From Ignavibacteriota bacterium (GTDB taxonomy: Bacteria > Bacteroidota > Ignavibacteria > UBA10030 > UBA6906): DNA of 64,000 nt. The stretch spans positions 320,001-384,000 of the forward strand of contig CAWDEM010000008.1 of NCBI GenBank assembly GCA_963801355.1, given 5' to 3'. Shown here piece by piece: positions 52,856-62,987 of this stretch. Below the pieces are notes generated by a model. That model was not told the origin of the DNA, did not search any database, and saw nothing but the letters and a program-made list of their open reading frames with translations. The position numbers and the translations under genes are program-made. Each line of letters opens with the position of its first letter. Position 1 is the stretch's first letter.

Positions 52856-54667
52856 ATGAGAACCTCCGCCACCCGTCTTCTGGCCCTGGGATTTGTGCTG
52901 TTCCTGGGTGCCAGTCTCGCCATCCCCCAAATCACAAACCAACAGTCGGCGAAGGGATGGCCTCACCTGAAGTACGCAATCTACTTCACCTATCCGGACA
53001 TCGTGAAGCTGCTAGCGGACACCGACGCGATGCGCGAAACAATGGAGTACCTGGCTCCCATACGTGCCGAGAAGGTGTATCTGGAATGTCCCAACAGTGG
53101 GGACGGCAACGTTGCGCTGATGACAGAACTCGCCAAGCGCTTTCGTGACCGGGGTATGAAGGTCTGGGGTGCGATGGTGCCGACCGTCCCGGGCGGTCCG
53201 ATTTGCTACAACAACCCGGAGCACCTCGCAACTCTCGAACGGCGTGCGCGGATGCTTGCCCAGGTCTTTGATGTCTTTATCCTTGACGATTGGCTTTTTA
53301 CCACGTGCACGTGTGACCAGTGCGTGGCCGGCCGCGGCAAGTCCACCTGGGCCGATTATCGCACTCAACTGCTCCTCGAGAAGTCGAAGAAATACATCAT
53401 CGAACCCGCGCGACAGGTAAGGCCCGGTGTAAAAATCATCATCAAGTACCCGAATTGGTACGAAGGTCACCGGGAGAACGGATATGATGTGCTCAACGAG
53501 ACACTCCAATATGACGCAATGGCAGTCGGGATCGAAACGCGGACACGTGCAACTCATGATCAACACATTCCCATCTACAGCGGTTATGTCTTCCAGAAGT
53601 GGTGGTCCGGTGTCGACCCGGCGAAATGGGTCGGCAGCTGGCTTGACAACTATACCATGAAGGGGCAGGGCAACGACTATGTCGCACAGGTCTGGCAGGC
53701 AGTGCTGGCCCAGACACCCGAGATCATCCTCTGGTCTGGCGGACATCTCCACCACACCGGGCCCTTCAGCGACGTATATCCGCACTTCAGGTCGAAGCTC
53801 CCAGAGTTCGATCGCGTCGCCGGATTGCTGCGTGGATCTGCGCGGGGTGTTCCCATCTACCTTCCCTACGGCTCTGCAGGAGAGTACAATATTTTCGGAT
53901 ATCTCGGGATGGCGGGAATTCCGCTCGCTCCGGTCGGACAGTTCCCTGCGGATGCGCAAACGGCGATCTTCACCAGACACTCGCTCCGGGATTCCTCGCT
54001 TGCCGACAAGATGCTCGACCGTCTGCGCAATGGTCGGGACGTGTTCATGACGTGGGATCTTTTCCGTCAGCTGCAAAACACGGAGTTCAGAAACACATTG
54101 AATCTGCTCGATAGTGAGGGGAGCGTGTCGTCTTCCACGTTTAGAACCCGCATCGGATGGAATGATCAGGTGTTCAATGCGGACAGGCCATTTGTGTTTC
54201 CCCGCATTGTGACCACCACATGGCCGTACGCGCGCGCCGTCGCGGTTGTGCGGGAAGACAACGATTTTGGTGTAATGCTCAGCGTGAAGTACCTCAACGG
54301 TACTATCCATATCCTGAACATGCCTGAGAACAGCTACGACCTCCTGCGGCTCCCTGTACAGGCCCTCACAATGATACGGCACTCCTTTAGCAAGGAGATT
54401 GGTGTTCAGCTCGTCGGTCCAGGTGGGGTGGGTGTGTACCTTTTCGGAACCAACCAGTATGTCCTCTACAACATGAGCGACGAGTCGGCGTCCCTGTCGC
54501 TAAGATTCGAGCGACCCGTGCCCGCATCGGGTTGGCGGGATCTGGTGGACGGGAGGGTTTTGACGGTGACAGAGAACAGGCCTCCGGAGCACGGTGGCGG
54601 ACCGGTGTTCACTGATGTGGCTCTGACGCTTCCTCCTTTTGAAATCGCAGTGGTGCAGGCTCCGTGA
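52856..54667 (+). CDS. Exported hypothetical protein, possible TIM-barrel glycoside hydrolase
   Basis: Signal peptide; ILDDWLFTTCTCDQC recalls the Cys cluster of GH42-like barrels; VGIETR. Confidence 0.6.
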   Translation: MRTSATRLLALGFVLFLGASLAIPQITNQQSAKGWPHLKYAIYFTYPDIVKLLADTDAMRETMEYLAPIRAEKVYLECPNSGDGNVALMTELAKRFRDRGMKVWGAMVPTVPGGPICYNNPEHLATLERRARMLAQVFDVFILDDWLFTTCTCDQCVAGRGKSTWADYRTQLLLEKSKKYIIEPARQVRPGVKIIIKYPNWYEGHRENGYDVLNETLQYDAMAVGIETRTRATHDQHIPIYSGYVFQKWWSGVDPAKWVGSWLDNYTMKGQGNDYVAQVWQAVLAQTPEIILWSGGHLHHTGPFSDVYPHFRSKLPEFDRVAGLLRGSARGVPIYLPYGSAGEYNIFGYLGMAGIPLAPVGQFPADAQTAIFTRHSLRDSSLADKMLDRLRNGRDVFMTWDLFRQLQNTEFRNTLNLLDSEGSVSSSTFRTRIGWNDQVFNADRPFVFPRIVTTTWPYARAVAVVREDNDFGVMLSVKYLNGTIHILNMPENSYDLLRLPVQALTMIRHSFSKEIGVQLVGPGGVGVYLFGTNQYVLYNMSDESASLSLRFERPVPASGWRDLVDGRVLTVTENRPPEHGGGPVFTDVALTLPPFEIAVVQAP

Positions 54668-54743
54668 GATTTCTATTTCCGCTATTGCGCCTCACAACCA
54701 ACCTTGCTATCTTATGCCCTGCATCTGATAGAGGAACCGAAGA

Positions 54744-55805
54744 ATGGATACACAACAGCTGGCTGCCCAGAAGGGTGAGATAGAATTCAGGAAGAAGCTC
54801 TACCAGCAGCAGGTGGAGGGCAAGAAGGTTCTTGATGATGAATTCGATGCATCCGGGATTGAAACACTTCTTGTCGAGAAAATGAGTACCACAATCGGTC
54901 AGATGAACGTGCTGCTGGAACGACATCTCGTGTCTTCACCGTACCTGGAGATTGGAGCGGAAAGATGTCAACGGTCACTGGTCATGGAAAATGATCTCGG
55001 ATTACACGGTGCGGCTATAGATATCTCGTTTGAAATGCTCAGAAGCTGCAGTCACTATCAGCATGTGTTCCACAAGGCCAAATCTCCGATCAGAATATGT
55101 TGTGATGCCAATACCCTGCCTTTCATGACGGGTTCGATTCGTTTTGTGTTTTGTTATGAAACACTTCATCACTTTCCCGAACCTGCTCCCATCGCGAAAG
55201 AAATACATAGAGTGCTCCTGCCGGGGGGGAGCTTCTTCTTCAACGAGGAGCCCTACAAACGGCTCTTTCACATCAATCTCTACAAGGGGACGAACGTATA
55301 TTCCGAGAAGACCTTGAAGAGAAGTAAGCTCAGAAAGGTGTTCGACCACTTTCTCTGTGAAAGGAGCTGTAATGAAGTTGAGCACGGCATCATAGAGAAT
55401 GAAGACATCACCCTTTCTTCATGGAAGCAAGCACTGCTGCCATTCGAAGAAAGAGATGTCACATTGACGGCGGGTGGTGTTATACATTCGGATTTGTTCG
55501 CCCCGGCCTCGCACACGAAGTACTTTGCCGCATCTCTCCTCGGTGGGCAGATTTCGGGCATTTGTCGAAAACTCACCGGCAACGGTAAGCCCAATCTCTC
55601 CATCTATGACGCCCTCATTTGTCCTTCGTGTAGAAAAACGGGGAGTGAAGTACTGCTGAATCGAGAGAACTCATTGTTCCGTTGTCCCACGTGTTCGCAG
55701 AAGTTTCCAGTCGTAGATGAAGTGTTGTTTTTGTTTTCGCAGGACAAGCTCGCGGAACTGTATCCTGAGATCTCGGCCTCACTGCAATATTCCCCGAATG
55801 GCTGA
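54744..55805 (+). CDS. Class I SAM methyltransferase with C-terminal Trm112-like Zn ribbon
   Basis: LEIGA, IDIS, CDANTLPF, LHHFP, RVLLPGG; CPSC...CPTC; upstream TTGCGC-N17-TATCTT. Confidence 0.8.
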   Translation: MDTQQLAAQKGEIEFRKKLYQQQVEGKKVLDDEFDASGIETLLVEKMSTTIGQMNVLLERHLVSSPYLEIGAERCQRSLVMENDLGLHGAAIDISFEMLRSCSHYQHVFHKAKSPIRICCDANTLPFMTGSIRFVFCYETLHHFPEPAPIAKEIHRVLLPGGSFFFNEEPYKRLFHINLYKGTNVYSEKTLKRSKLRKVFDHFLCERSCNEVEHGIIENEDITLSSWKQALLPFEERDVTLTAGGVIHSDLFAPASHTKYFAASLLGGQISGICRKLTGNGKPNLSIYDALICPSCRKTGSEVLLNRENSLFRCPTCSQKFPVVDEVLFLFSQDKLAELYPEISASLQYSPNG

Positions 55806-55826
55806 TTGTCGAGGGCAGTCCCTCCT

Positions 55827-57702
55827 ATGAAAAAGCTTCTTGCGCTTCTCCTCTGCCTTGCGGGAACCCTCTATGCTCAACACACGCGTTTTGTCATCGT
55901 TGTTGTGATCGACGGCGTGCGGTATACCGAGAGTTTCGGGGATTCCACACACCAATGGATTCCCAGAATATGGACGGAACTAAGGCCGCAAGGGGCGATC
56001 TACACTTCCTTTTTCAATGCCGGTATCACCACAACAAACCCGGGGCATGCAAATATCGTGACCGGCGCATGGCAGTCCATCACGAATGATGGTCTCACAC
56101 GTCCGCATACGCCGACAGTGTTCGAGTATTCCCGGAAGAGTCTGAGGACAGGGGCAGACCAGAATTTTGTCGTTCTGGGCAAAACGAAACTGAACATTCT
56201 CACGTACAGCGATCATCCAGAGTATGGCCCCTCATTCGGGGCTTCTGTCGCCAGCACTCCTTCAGAACTGGTTGACCAGCTGGCCGCCGATACGCTAAAA
56301 CAGGTTCTCCGCACGAATCACCCGACTCTGGCTATTGTGAACCTACCGCACACTGACAGTGTGGCGCACAGCGGCAGCTGGGATGGATATGTCTCTTCGT
56401 TGCGCGATGCGGACAGTCTGGTGTATGACATATGGAACACGGTACAAAACGATGCAGTCATGAAAGGGAAGACAACGATGTTTGTGACGAACGATCACGG
56501 GCGCCACACAACATTGTTCACCGATCATGAGGACGGGTGTGAGGGGTGCAGGCATCTCATGTTGCTGGCGATAGGTCCAGACACACCTCCCGGAGTCATC
56601 GACTCGATGCCGCGAATGCAGGTGGATATCGCACCGACCATTGGAGTACTTCTGGGCTTCGGGACACCCTACGCCACGGGCAAGATTCTCAGTTCGGCGA
56701 TTGTCGACTTTTGCTATGCTCACGATGTCGTGCTCTCGCAACCTTTTCGGGATTCCCTTCGCATTACGGCTCAGATCGCAAATCCCCTGGCGCACGCACT
56801 GAACGTCATGGTGACGCTTCGTGACAAACTGGGAAGAGTGATCGATAGTGTCGCATTGAAGGACGACGGCCTCCACAGTGACGGTGCAGCAAATGACGGC
56901 ACGTGGGGGTCTATGTATGCACCGGGTCCTGACGGCACCTTTCGCGCATCCATCCGGACAGATGATCCGGCGGCCGGCACATCATCGAGTCTTGCAGATG
57001 TCGCGCAATTCGCATTCACGCGCGGAGCTTTGATCGCACTGGATCCCGGCACGATTGACATTGGCCGCATTGCCAATACGTTACAAGTGCGCGATACCAC
57101 CTTCATTGTGCGGAATAACGGCTTTGCGCCGGACTCTCTCACGGTATCCATCGACCCTGTCAATGTGGTACCGGAAACGGCCGTTGCCGTCTTTCCGACG
57201 AGCTTCTACCTGGCAGCGCATGATTCGCAGGAGATACGATTCAGTGTATGGCCGCAGTTGCTTGTGCCCCAGTACTACACTGCCGGGATTACTGTTGTTC
57301 CCCAGGTCGGAATGGCTCAGACCGCACTCTTGAAGGCCTTCCTTTTCGAAGTAGTCATCGCCGGGGGAACCGATGAAGCCACCGGGGTTCCCGAGGAATT
57401 CGCATTACACCAGAACTACCCCAACCCCTTCAATCCATCGACGACTAATTAGTTACGGCCTGCCCGTCCGTTCTCACGTCCTGCTCACTGTCTTCAATAC
57501 CCTCGGTCAGCAGGTCGCAGTACTCCAGAATGGCGAACGGGAAGCGGGATATCACGAAGTGAAGTTCGACGCCGCGGGTGTGTCCTCAGGCGTGTACCTC
57601 TATCGGATGCAAGTCCACCCTCTGGTCTCCGCCATCGGACGGGACCCCAAGAGCGGAGCGGCGAGCTACGTGTCCACGAAGAAATTGGTCTTTCTCAGGT
57701 AA
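55827..57702 (+). CDS. Alkaline phosphatase/sulfatase superfamily T9SS cargo (frameshift ~57448)
   Basis: VIDGVRY, TNPGH, DSVAH, TNDHG; LKDDGLHSDGAANDGTW choice-of-anchor-X-like motif; QNYPNPFNP CTD continuing in another frame. Confidence 0.8.
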
Positions 57703-57719
57703 CCCGACACGGGGGAAGA

Positions 57720-57757
57720 AGGCAGGGCAGTTACCGCGAGGTTGAACTGCCTTGCTT
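57720..57757 (+). terminator. Hairpin after T9SS gene (no U-tract)
   Basis: AGGCAGGGCAGTT...AACTGCCTTGCTT. Confidence 0.45.
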
Positions 57758-57795
57758 GAGTCGCCCGCAGGGTATGCACCTACGAGGCCAACGTC

Positions 57796-57885
57796 GCTCG
57801 TCAGCGCTTGCTCTTCAGCACCGGCTCTTCAGCGGCTCCTCAGCCCAGCGTGCGTGTTGACTTTGCTCATGTGGCGGCGTATATT
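57796..57885 (+). promoter_or_regulatory. Four direct repeats plus sigma70 promoter
   Basis: GCTCNTCAGC at 57796, 57810, 57824, 57835; TTGACT(57857)-N17-TATATT(57880). Confidence 0.6.
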
Positions 57886-58110
57886 TTTGGCAGAAACGCG
57901 CCCAATGGCTACCTCAGCCAGTGGATCGCCGCGTGCGTACTCCGTGCCGCCACATGGTATGGAGCCTGGTTCTGACCGCCCAAGGGCCTTCGAAATGCCG
58001 ACATTGTCGGTAGGTATAAAGGGGAGACCGCTTTCGTTCCGTCTGCAGGACTTCCCTCCCTTTCTGCTTCTCATCCTCCACTTATGATACACGACCTGCG
58101 AGGAACTCGA

Positions 58111-61100
58111 ATGAACTCCTCTCCACGCAGCCTTGGCTTGCTCCTTCTCCTCGTCATGATTGGCGCTGCTGCCACGGGACAATTCGCCTCAGCCCAGACT
58201 CAGTTCAGCGGCACATTGACAAAGATAGTTGTCGACGTCTATTCGACGAATCGATGCCAGGACGGAGCCATCCAGCGCGATACGACTCATCTGGTTCTTC
58301 CCCCCGGTGCCACGGAGACTCCAGTGGACATCTCCTGTTCGTGGGCAACTCTCACCGGGAAGATCACTCTCCAAATCCCTGATGTACCAATCACAGGGAC
58401 GATTTGTTGGGACAGCAGCGCGGTATGCATCGATGGTGATTCCCCGCCCTCGGTGACCATTTCCATCTCTGCGGTGGGCTTGCTGAATTCGGCGATTGAC
58501 ACTACCTATGGCCATTACTTCATGGGGCTCATCACCATTCTTCACATTGGTGATACAACCAAGACTTGCCCCCAACCAATCGATAGCAAGTCGCTCAAGT
58601 TTCCCGGCAGTGTGACGTTGTCGGCCTCTTCGACGTGTGCTCCCCCGGCGCTCGGTGTTCTTGCCGACTCCGCACGGCGATATGTGGAGAACCAACTGGT
58701 CGAGTTCGATGCGGGACATTTCGCCTCTGTTGGGGCCTCCTTCGAGACTGGAGGTTCGTCTTGGACCTATGGTCTTGAAGACGGATACGGTCATCAGCAC
58801 GTCTTTGTTATTCGTTCGGTATACAAGTTCACCAGAAGTGTCCAGAACCCCGAGGTAGCGGTATGGACGCATCTGCCCGTTTATGCCGGTCAAGTAAAAT
58901 TCAGTAGCTCCAAAGACGAGAATCTTGTGACCATCGGGGGGTACAGCGCAGACATTATGTCTGTGCGACCCGAGTCACTTGTCGTGCGGGTTCCTCAGGA
59001 ATTGGTGGAGAACCGTGGTGATGCAACGAAGATCTACAATACCACACCGCGTGATGTCGAGGTGATTGCAAAAGTCCTCACCGGGCCGGGCCAGTATGCC
59101 GAGGTGGCTCGCTTCAACGTCAGGTTTATTCCGCCGCGATTGCTATTGTTCGATGAAGTGACCCGACCCAGCCCACCCATCCTGCAAGCAGTTTTCCAGA
59201 CGCCGGGCCAACGGGCTCCGCGCACATTTTGCTTCCTGGGAAAATCCACAGACGGAACCGCGGCTGTCAGATTTCTCAACACTGCAAAGGGTCTGGCCAG
59301 ACTACGCGTTCTCGGAAAGATCATTTCACCGCCGAGGCCGCCGGTCTACCCGCGGGGTGAACTCTATGACAAGAGCGACTCCCCATCGATCGGCAACATG
59401 GTCAACCTCGGGATCTCGAATACGGGCATTCAATTTCCCATCGATCTGGATGGGTGGTATATTATCGTTGCTGTGGCGGATACGTCTTCGTACGGGCCGT
59501 TTCCGGCGCAATTTCAGATTCACCTCGCAGGCAACGTTGGCCTTCCACAGAAACTGATCAACGGGTTGCCGGAACCGCCGCGTGGGATCCGTTTGGACAC
59601 GTACTTTAACCATCCAGCCCCGAGGACGGAAACCCTTGTGAATGGCGGTCTGGTTGCAGGGGAATGGGCGGAAACCGCCCTATTCAAATTCGCCAACCCC
59701 GTTTCTGTGACGCAATTTCCAATCGCCGTTCTCATACCACCCATTGTGGATGGCTTTCCGATCGGAACGCCCCCGGTGCGTGCTGCTCCACCGTCGAGAA
59801 TGGGCTTGTTACCCAATCAGGCAATTGATCCAACAGTACCAATGGCAACTACTCCGGGATCGGTTTCTCCAGTCCCAGGAACGGTCATTGACATGGCGCA
59901 GGTTCCCATCCCGGCCTCCGTGCTTGACCCCAGTCCTCCGGGCGGCGTTGCGAATCTGCTAGGACCGAACAACGGTGCCGGCGTCACTCTTCCCCTGACA
60001 ACAACGTCGGGAACGGTTTCGAGCGTGATCCTCGACATGGGCTCGGGCAATGAAATTGTCAACGGCCCCGATGCAGATCTGCGAGTTGTTGCTGCGTCGG
60101 GTTCTTACCAGGTTGCCGTGAGCAATACTCCCTTCGCGAATACCTTCATTCCGGTCGGGTCCGGCAACGGTCAGCAAGATTTCGACATCGCAGCCACGGG
60201 GCTCACCGTTGCACGATTCGTGCGCCTCACGGTGACGATTGGAAGCGCCGTTATCGATGGGGTGGAGGCACTCAATCTGTTCACCGACCAGATTCATCCA
60301 ACCGCCGGCCCGCTGGCGGACGTTGGATGGTCGACGATTACAGTGCGTCGTCAGAAATCGCCCGTGACCGCCATTGATCCACTTGTTGAACTGTTCAGTC
60401 CGGATGGATCCACTTTTGGTAAGAATGAGAGCGCGTTCGGAGATGATACAGATATCGATAGGAGTGATGCCGCACTCATCAAAGTAGCTCTCACGCAGCA
60501 GGGATTCTACCGCTATGTCGTTCGTGGGTATGACATTAACCCGGATGAACAATCATTCGGAGCATTCTACACCCGGCTGGAGACTGCGGGTGAGTATGAC
60601 AAGGTGGATCTCACGGTGAGTACGACATCGGAAGAACAAACCACTGCGCAGAAACAAGGAACGATCTCTCTTCCTCGACAGCGGGACTCGTATTTGTTTC
60701 AGTCGTCGGGTGCTTCGACGGTGAACATTGTCGTCAACGGCATCGGTTCCCCGGCGCTCGACGATCCTTTGGTCGAGCTGTATGATCCAGAGGACTTTCT
60801 GATTGCTGCTAATGACAACTATCCCGGTCGTGGGAGGAATGCAGTGATTACCGTCACCCTCCCGACCACAGGACGTACATTTCCGGATCCAAGTACTTAT
60901 CGGATTGTCGTGATGGGAGTCGACGAGACAGCTGGTGCGACTACGACCGTGGGGAACAGCGTCTTTCATGCGCGTCAGGAAAACGGAGGGAAATACGAGC
61001 TCAAGGTTTTCACGGGAGCGTTGACCGGCGAGGGACCAAAGGCTCCGATGGTTGCTGATCTCTCTCCCAACGCGGCTGTACAGGGAACCACGAATGTTCT

Positions 61101-62487
61101 TGTGAGCATCAACGGCACGAATTTCCTCAATGGGGCGAGCGTAGCGTTCAGCGGCACAGGGGTCACGGTCAAGACGGTGGCATTCGTGGGCGCGACACAA
61201 TTGAGCGTGACGCTTGACGTTGCGGGTGATGCCGCTGCCGGAGTTCGTGACGTGACGGTGACTAATCCGGGCGGCTTAACCGGTACAGGCGTGGGTGTGT
61301 TTCAGGTGAGAAGGACGTTGGGACAGGTACTGCTCATGTGGTCGGCGCCTGCGCTCGAGCCAACACTGCCCGCGCCGGGAGGTCTTAGCGCCCAGTTCAA
61401 TGCAAGCGCAGGTATGGCGCTGTCGAAACACACTAACCTGTCCCGATACACACGAAGCGCGAAGGAAGAAGGGGCCACATCTGGTGTACTCCTCACGGGA
61501 CGAAGGCCTATTCAGCTTTCGCCGCAAAGCATCATTAAGGAAGTAGAGCCGAACAACAGTCCGGGACTGGCACAAGTGCTCACGGGTGACACACTGATTG
61601 AAGTGGGGGGACAGGTGGAGGTGCGTGATGTAGGGACGGTGGACGAGATTGGCGATGACATCGAAGATCTGTTCAAGGTCACCACGCTGAAGCCGGGTTT
61701 GACGATTCTTCTGTCGGGTTTCTCTTCTGACTGCGATCTATACTTGATTGATCCCGCAGACACTTCCATCATCGATGCATCATACACCCCCTCTGCAAGC
61801 GGGTATGAATCCATTGAGTGGGAGGATCTCCTGGCCGGGACTTATCTGATCGGGGTTTCGATTTATGATCCGCAGCCCCTGGGGTCTGATTCGACGACTT
61901 ACCTGCTCCAGATTGCCGGGAGCTTTGGGGGGGCAACGAATCTGACCCTGTATTCGTACAACGTGTATCGCTCACGGGCGGCAAATGCCAGGACGACGGG
62001 GCTCAAGATAGGGAATGTGGCAGTCGGCACGACCACATTTTCAGATCCGGTTCCTTACACTGGGAACTTCTTCTATCAGGTGACAGCAGTGTACAACCAG
62101 GGCGAGAGCAGTCCGTCGAATGAAGTATCGAAGGTGGTAACGGAGATTGGGCGGACTCCACCTGCCGCGGTGTTGCCAACCGAGTACGCGTTGAGTCAGA
62201 ATTATCCCAACCCCTTCAACCCGAGCACGACCATCAAGTTCGGGTTGCCCAAATCCTCGGAGGTGAGGTTGAGTGTGTACGACGTGCTTGGCCGGCAGGT
62301 GTCCATGCTGGTGAATGGGAAGAGGGACGCAGGCTATCATGAAGTGAAGTTCGACGGCTCAGGGCTGTCAAGCGGAGTGTACTTCTACAGGATGCAAGTC
62401 CGCCCTCTGGACTCCGCCGTCGGGCGTGACTCCAAGGGCGGAGTGGGGGATGTTGTGCAGACGCGCAAATTGCTCTTGGCCCGTTAA
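58111..62487 (+). CDS. Large multidomain T9SS-secreted surface protein (PPC-like, IPT/TIG, FN3, type-A CTD)
   Basis: Signal peptide; DPLVEL x2, EVEPNN, INGTNF...VTVTNPGG, YQVTAVY..GES and QNYPNPFNPST motifs. Confidence 0.85.
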   Translation: MNSSPRSLGLLLLLVMIGAAATGQFASAQTQFSGTLTKIVVDVYSTNRCQDGAIQRDTTHLVLPPGATETPVDISCSWATLTGKITLQIPDVPITGTICWDSSAVCIDGDSPPSVTISISAVGLLNSAIDTTYGHYFMGLITILHIGDTTKTCPQPIDSKSLKFPGSVTLSASSTCAPPALGVLADSARRYVENQLVEFDAGHFASVGASFETGGSSWTYGLEDGYGHQHVFVIRSVYKFTRSVQNPEVAVWTHLPVYAGQVKFSSSKDENLVTIGGYSADIMSVRPESLVVRVPQELVENRGDATKIYNTTPRDVEVIAKVLTGPGQYAEVARFNVRFIPPRLLLFDEVTRPSPPILQAVFQTPGQRAPRTFCFLGKSTDGTAAVRFLNTAKGLARLRVLGKIISPPRPPVYPRGELYDKSDSPSIGNMVNLGISNTGIQFPIDLDGWYIIVAVADTSSYGPFPAQFQIHLAGNVGLPQKLINGLPEPPRGIRLDTYFNHPAPRTETLVNGGLVAGEWAETALFKFANPVSVTQFPIAVLIPPIVDGFPIGTPPVRAAPPSRMGLLPNQAIDPTVPMATTPGSVSPVPGTVIDMAQVPIPASVLDPSPPGGVANLLGPNNGAGVTLPLTTTSGTVSSVILDMGSGNEIVNGPDADLRVVAASGSYQVAVSNTPFANTFIPVGSGNGQQDFDIAATGLTVARFVRLTVTIGSAVIDGVEALNLFTDQIHPTAGPLADVGWSTITVRRQKSPVTAIDPLVELFSPDGSTFGKNESAFGDDTDIDRSDAALIKVALTQQGFYRYVVRGYDINPDEQSFGAFYTRLETAGEYDKVDLTVSTTSEEQTTAQKQGTISLPRQRDSYLFQSSGASTVNIVVNGIGSPALDDPLVELYDPEDFLIAANDNYPGRGRNAVITVTLPTTGRTFPDPSTYRIVVMGVDETAGATTTVGNSVFHARQENGGKYELKVFTGALTGEGPKAPMVADLSPNAAVQGTTNVLVSINGTNFLNGASVAFSGTGVTVKTVAFVGATQLSVTLDVAGDAAAGVRDVTVTNPGGLTGTGVGVFQVRRTLGQVLLMWSAPALEPTLPAPGGLSAQFNASAGMALSKHTNLSRYTRSAKEEGATSGVLLTGRRPIQLSPQSIIKEVEPNNSPGLAQVLTGDTLIEVGGQVEVRDVGTVDEIGDDIEDLFKVTTLKPGLTILLSGFSSDCDLYLIDPADTSIIDASYTPSASGYESIEWEDLLAGTYLIGVSIYDPQPLGSDSTTYLLQIAGSFGGATNLTLYSYNVYRSRAANARTTGLKIGNVAVGTTTFSDPVPYTGNFFYQVTAVYNQGESSPSNEVSKVVTEIGRTPPAAVLPTEYALSQNYPNPFNPSTTIKFGLPKSSEVRLSVYDVLGRQVSMLVNGKRDAGYHEVKFDGSGLSSGVYFYRMQVRPLDSAVGRDSKGGVGDVVQTRKLLLAR

Positions 62488-62513
62488 TCTTCGAGTGAGA
62501 GTGGCAACAAAGT

Positions 62514-62535
62514 GCCCGGGCAGCAATGTCCGGGC
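62514..62535 (+). repeat. GC-rich hairpin with GNRA loop, copy 2 (terminator-like)
   Basis: GCCCGGGCA-GCAA-TGTCCGGGC followed by GTATCTTTTT. Confidence 0.65.
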
Positions 62536-62587
62536 GTATCTTTTTCGGCGCAACTGATCACATTAGCGCCCGATTCCTGCCAACTAT

Positions 62588-62620
62588 AAAGCCCACACGC
62601 AGGTGTGGGTTTCTTGTTTT
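62588..62620 (+). terminator. Intrinsic terminator
   Basis: AAAGCCCACAC-GCAG-GTGTGGGTTT-CTTGTTTT. Confidence 0.65.
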
Positions 62621-62896
62621 ATGTGTTCCTACTCGAACCGAGGCCTCCCCTCTTGCCTTTTTCAAGGAACCTATTCCGAATTCTGCGAAACGCCAATAAA
62701 CCCGCAGAGAGCGGTATTTCTGTGAATCGAGAGGTTCATTCTCCCCTGGCCGTCCAGAATTGCAAAGAAGAACTCTGATGATCAGAACCCTTCCCGGTGC
62801 CCGGAACAGGACATGTCAGCTCTGCGAAGTCAATTGAGGTACAAAGGTACTTCAGAGGACCTCTGCAGGGGGTGGAATGAAGGCGAATGCATGTCC

Positions 62897-62987
62897 TGTA
62901 GGAAAACTCCTACACGAAAACTTCCTGAATTCCTACACGATTTTCAGCATTTGTCCTACAGACATTTGACAGGTCCTGCCGTATATT
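62897..62987 (+). promoter_or_regulatory. Operator array and promoter
   Basis: Palindrome TGTAGGA-AAAC-TCCTACA; TCCTACA at 62908, 62931, 62954; TATATT at 62982. Confidence 0.6.

Noticed and set aside
53012-54382. Long antisense ORFs (also 131-1069, 6753-7619, 15939-16850, 39069-40004)
   Set aside because: Shadows of real genes in GC-rich sequence, with no motifs
62560-62645. Possible tRNA remnant or att site near the terminator (…CCTGCCA, CTCGAACC)
   Set aside because: No cloverleaf and no match to the tRNA-Ser 3' end
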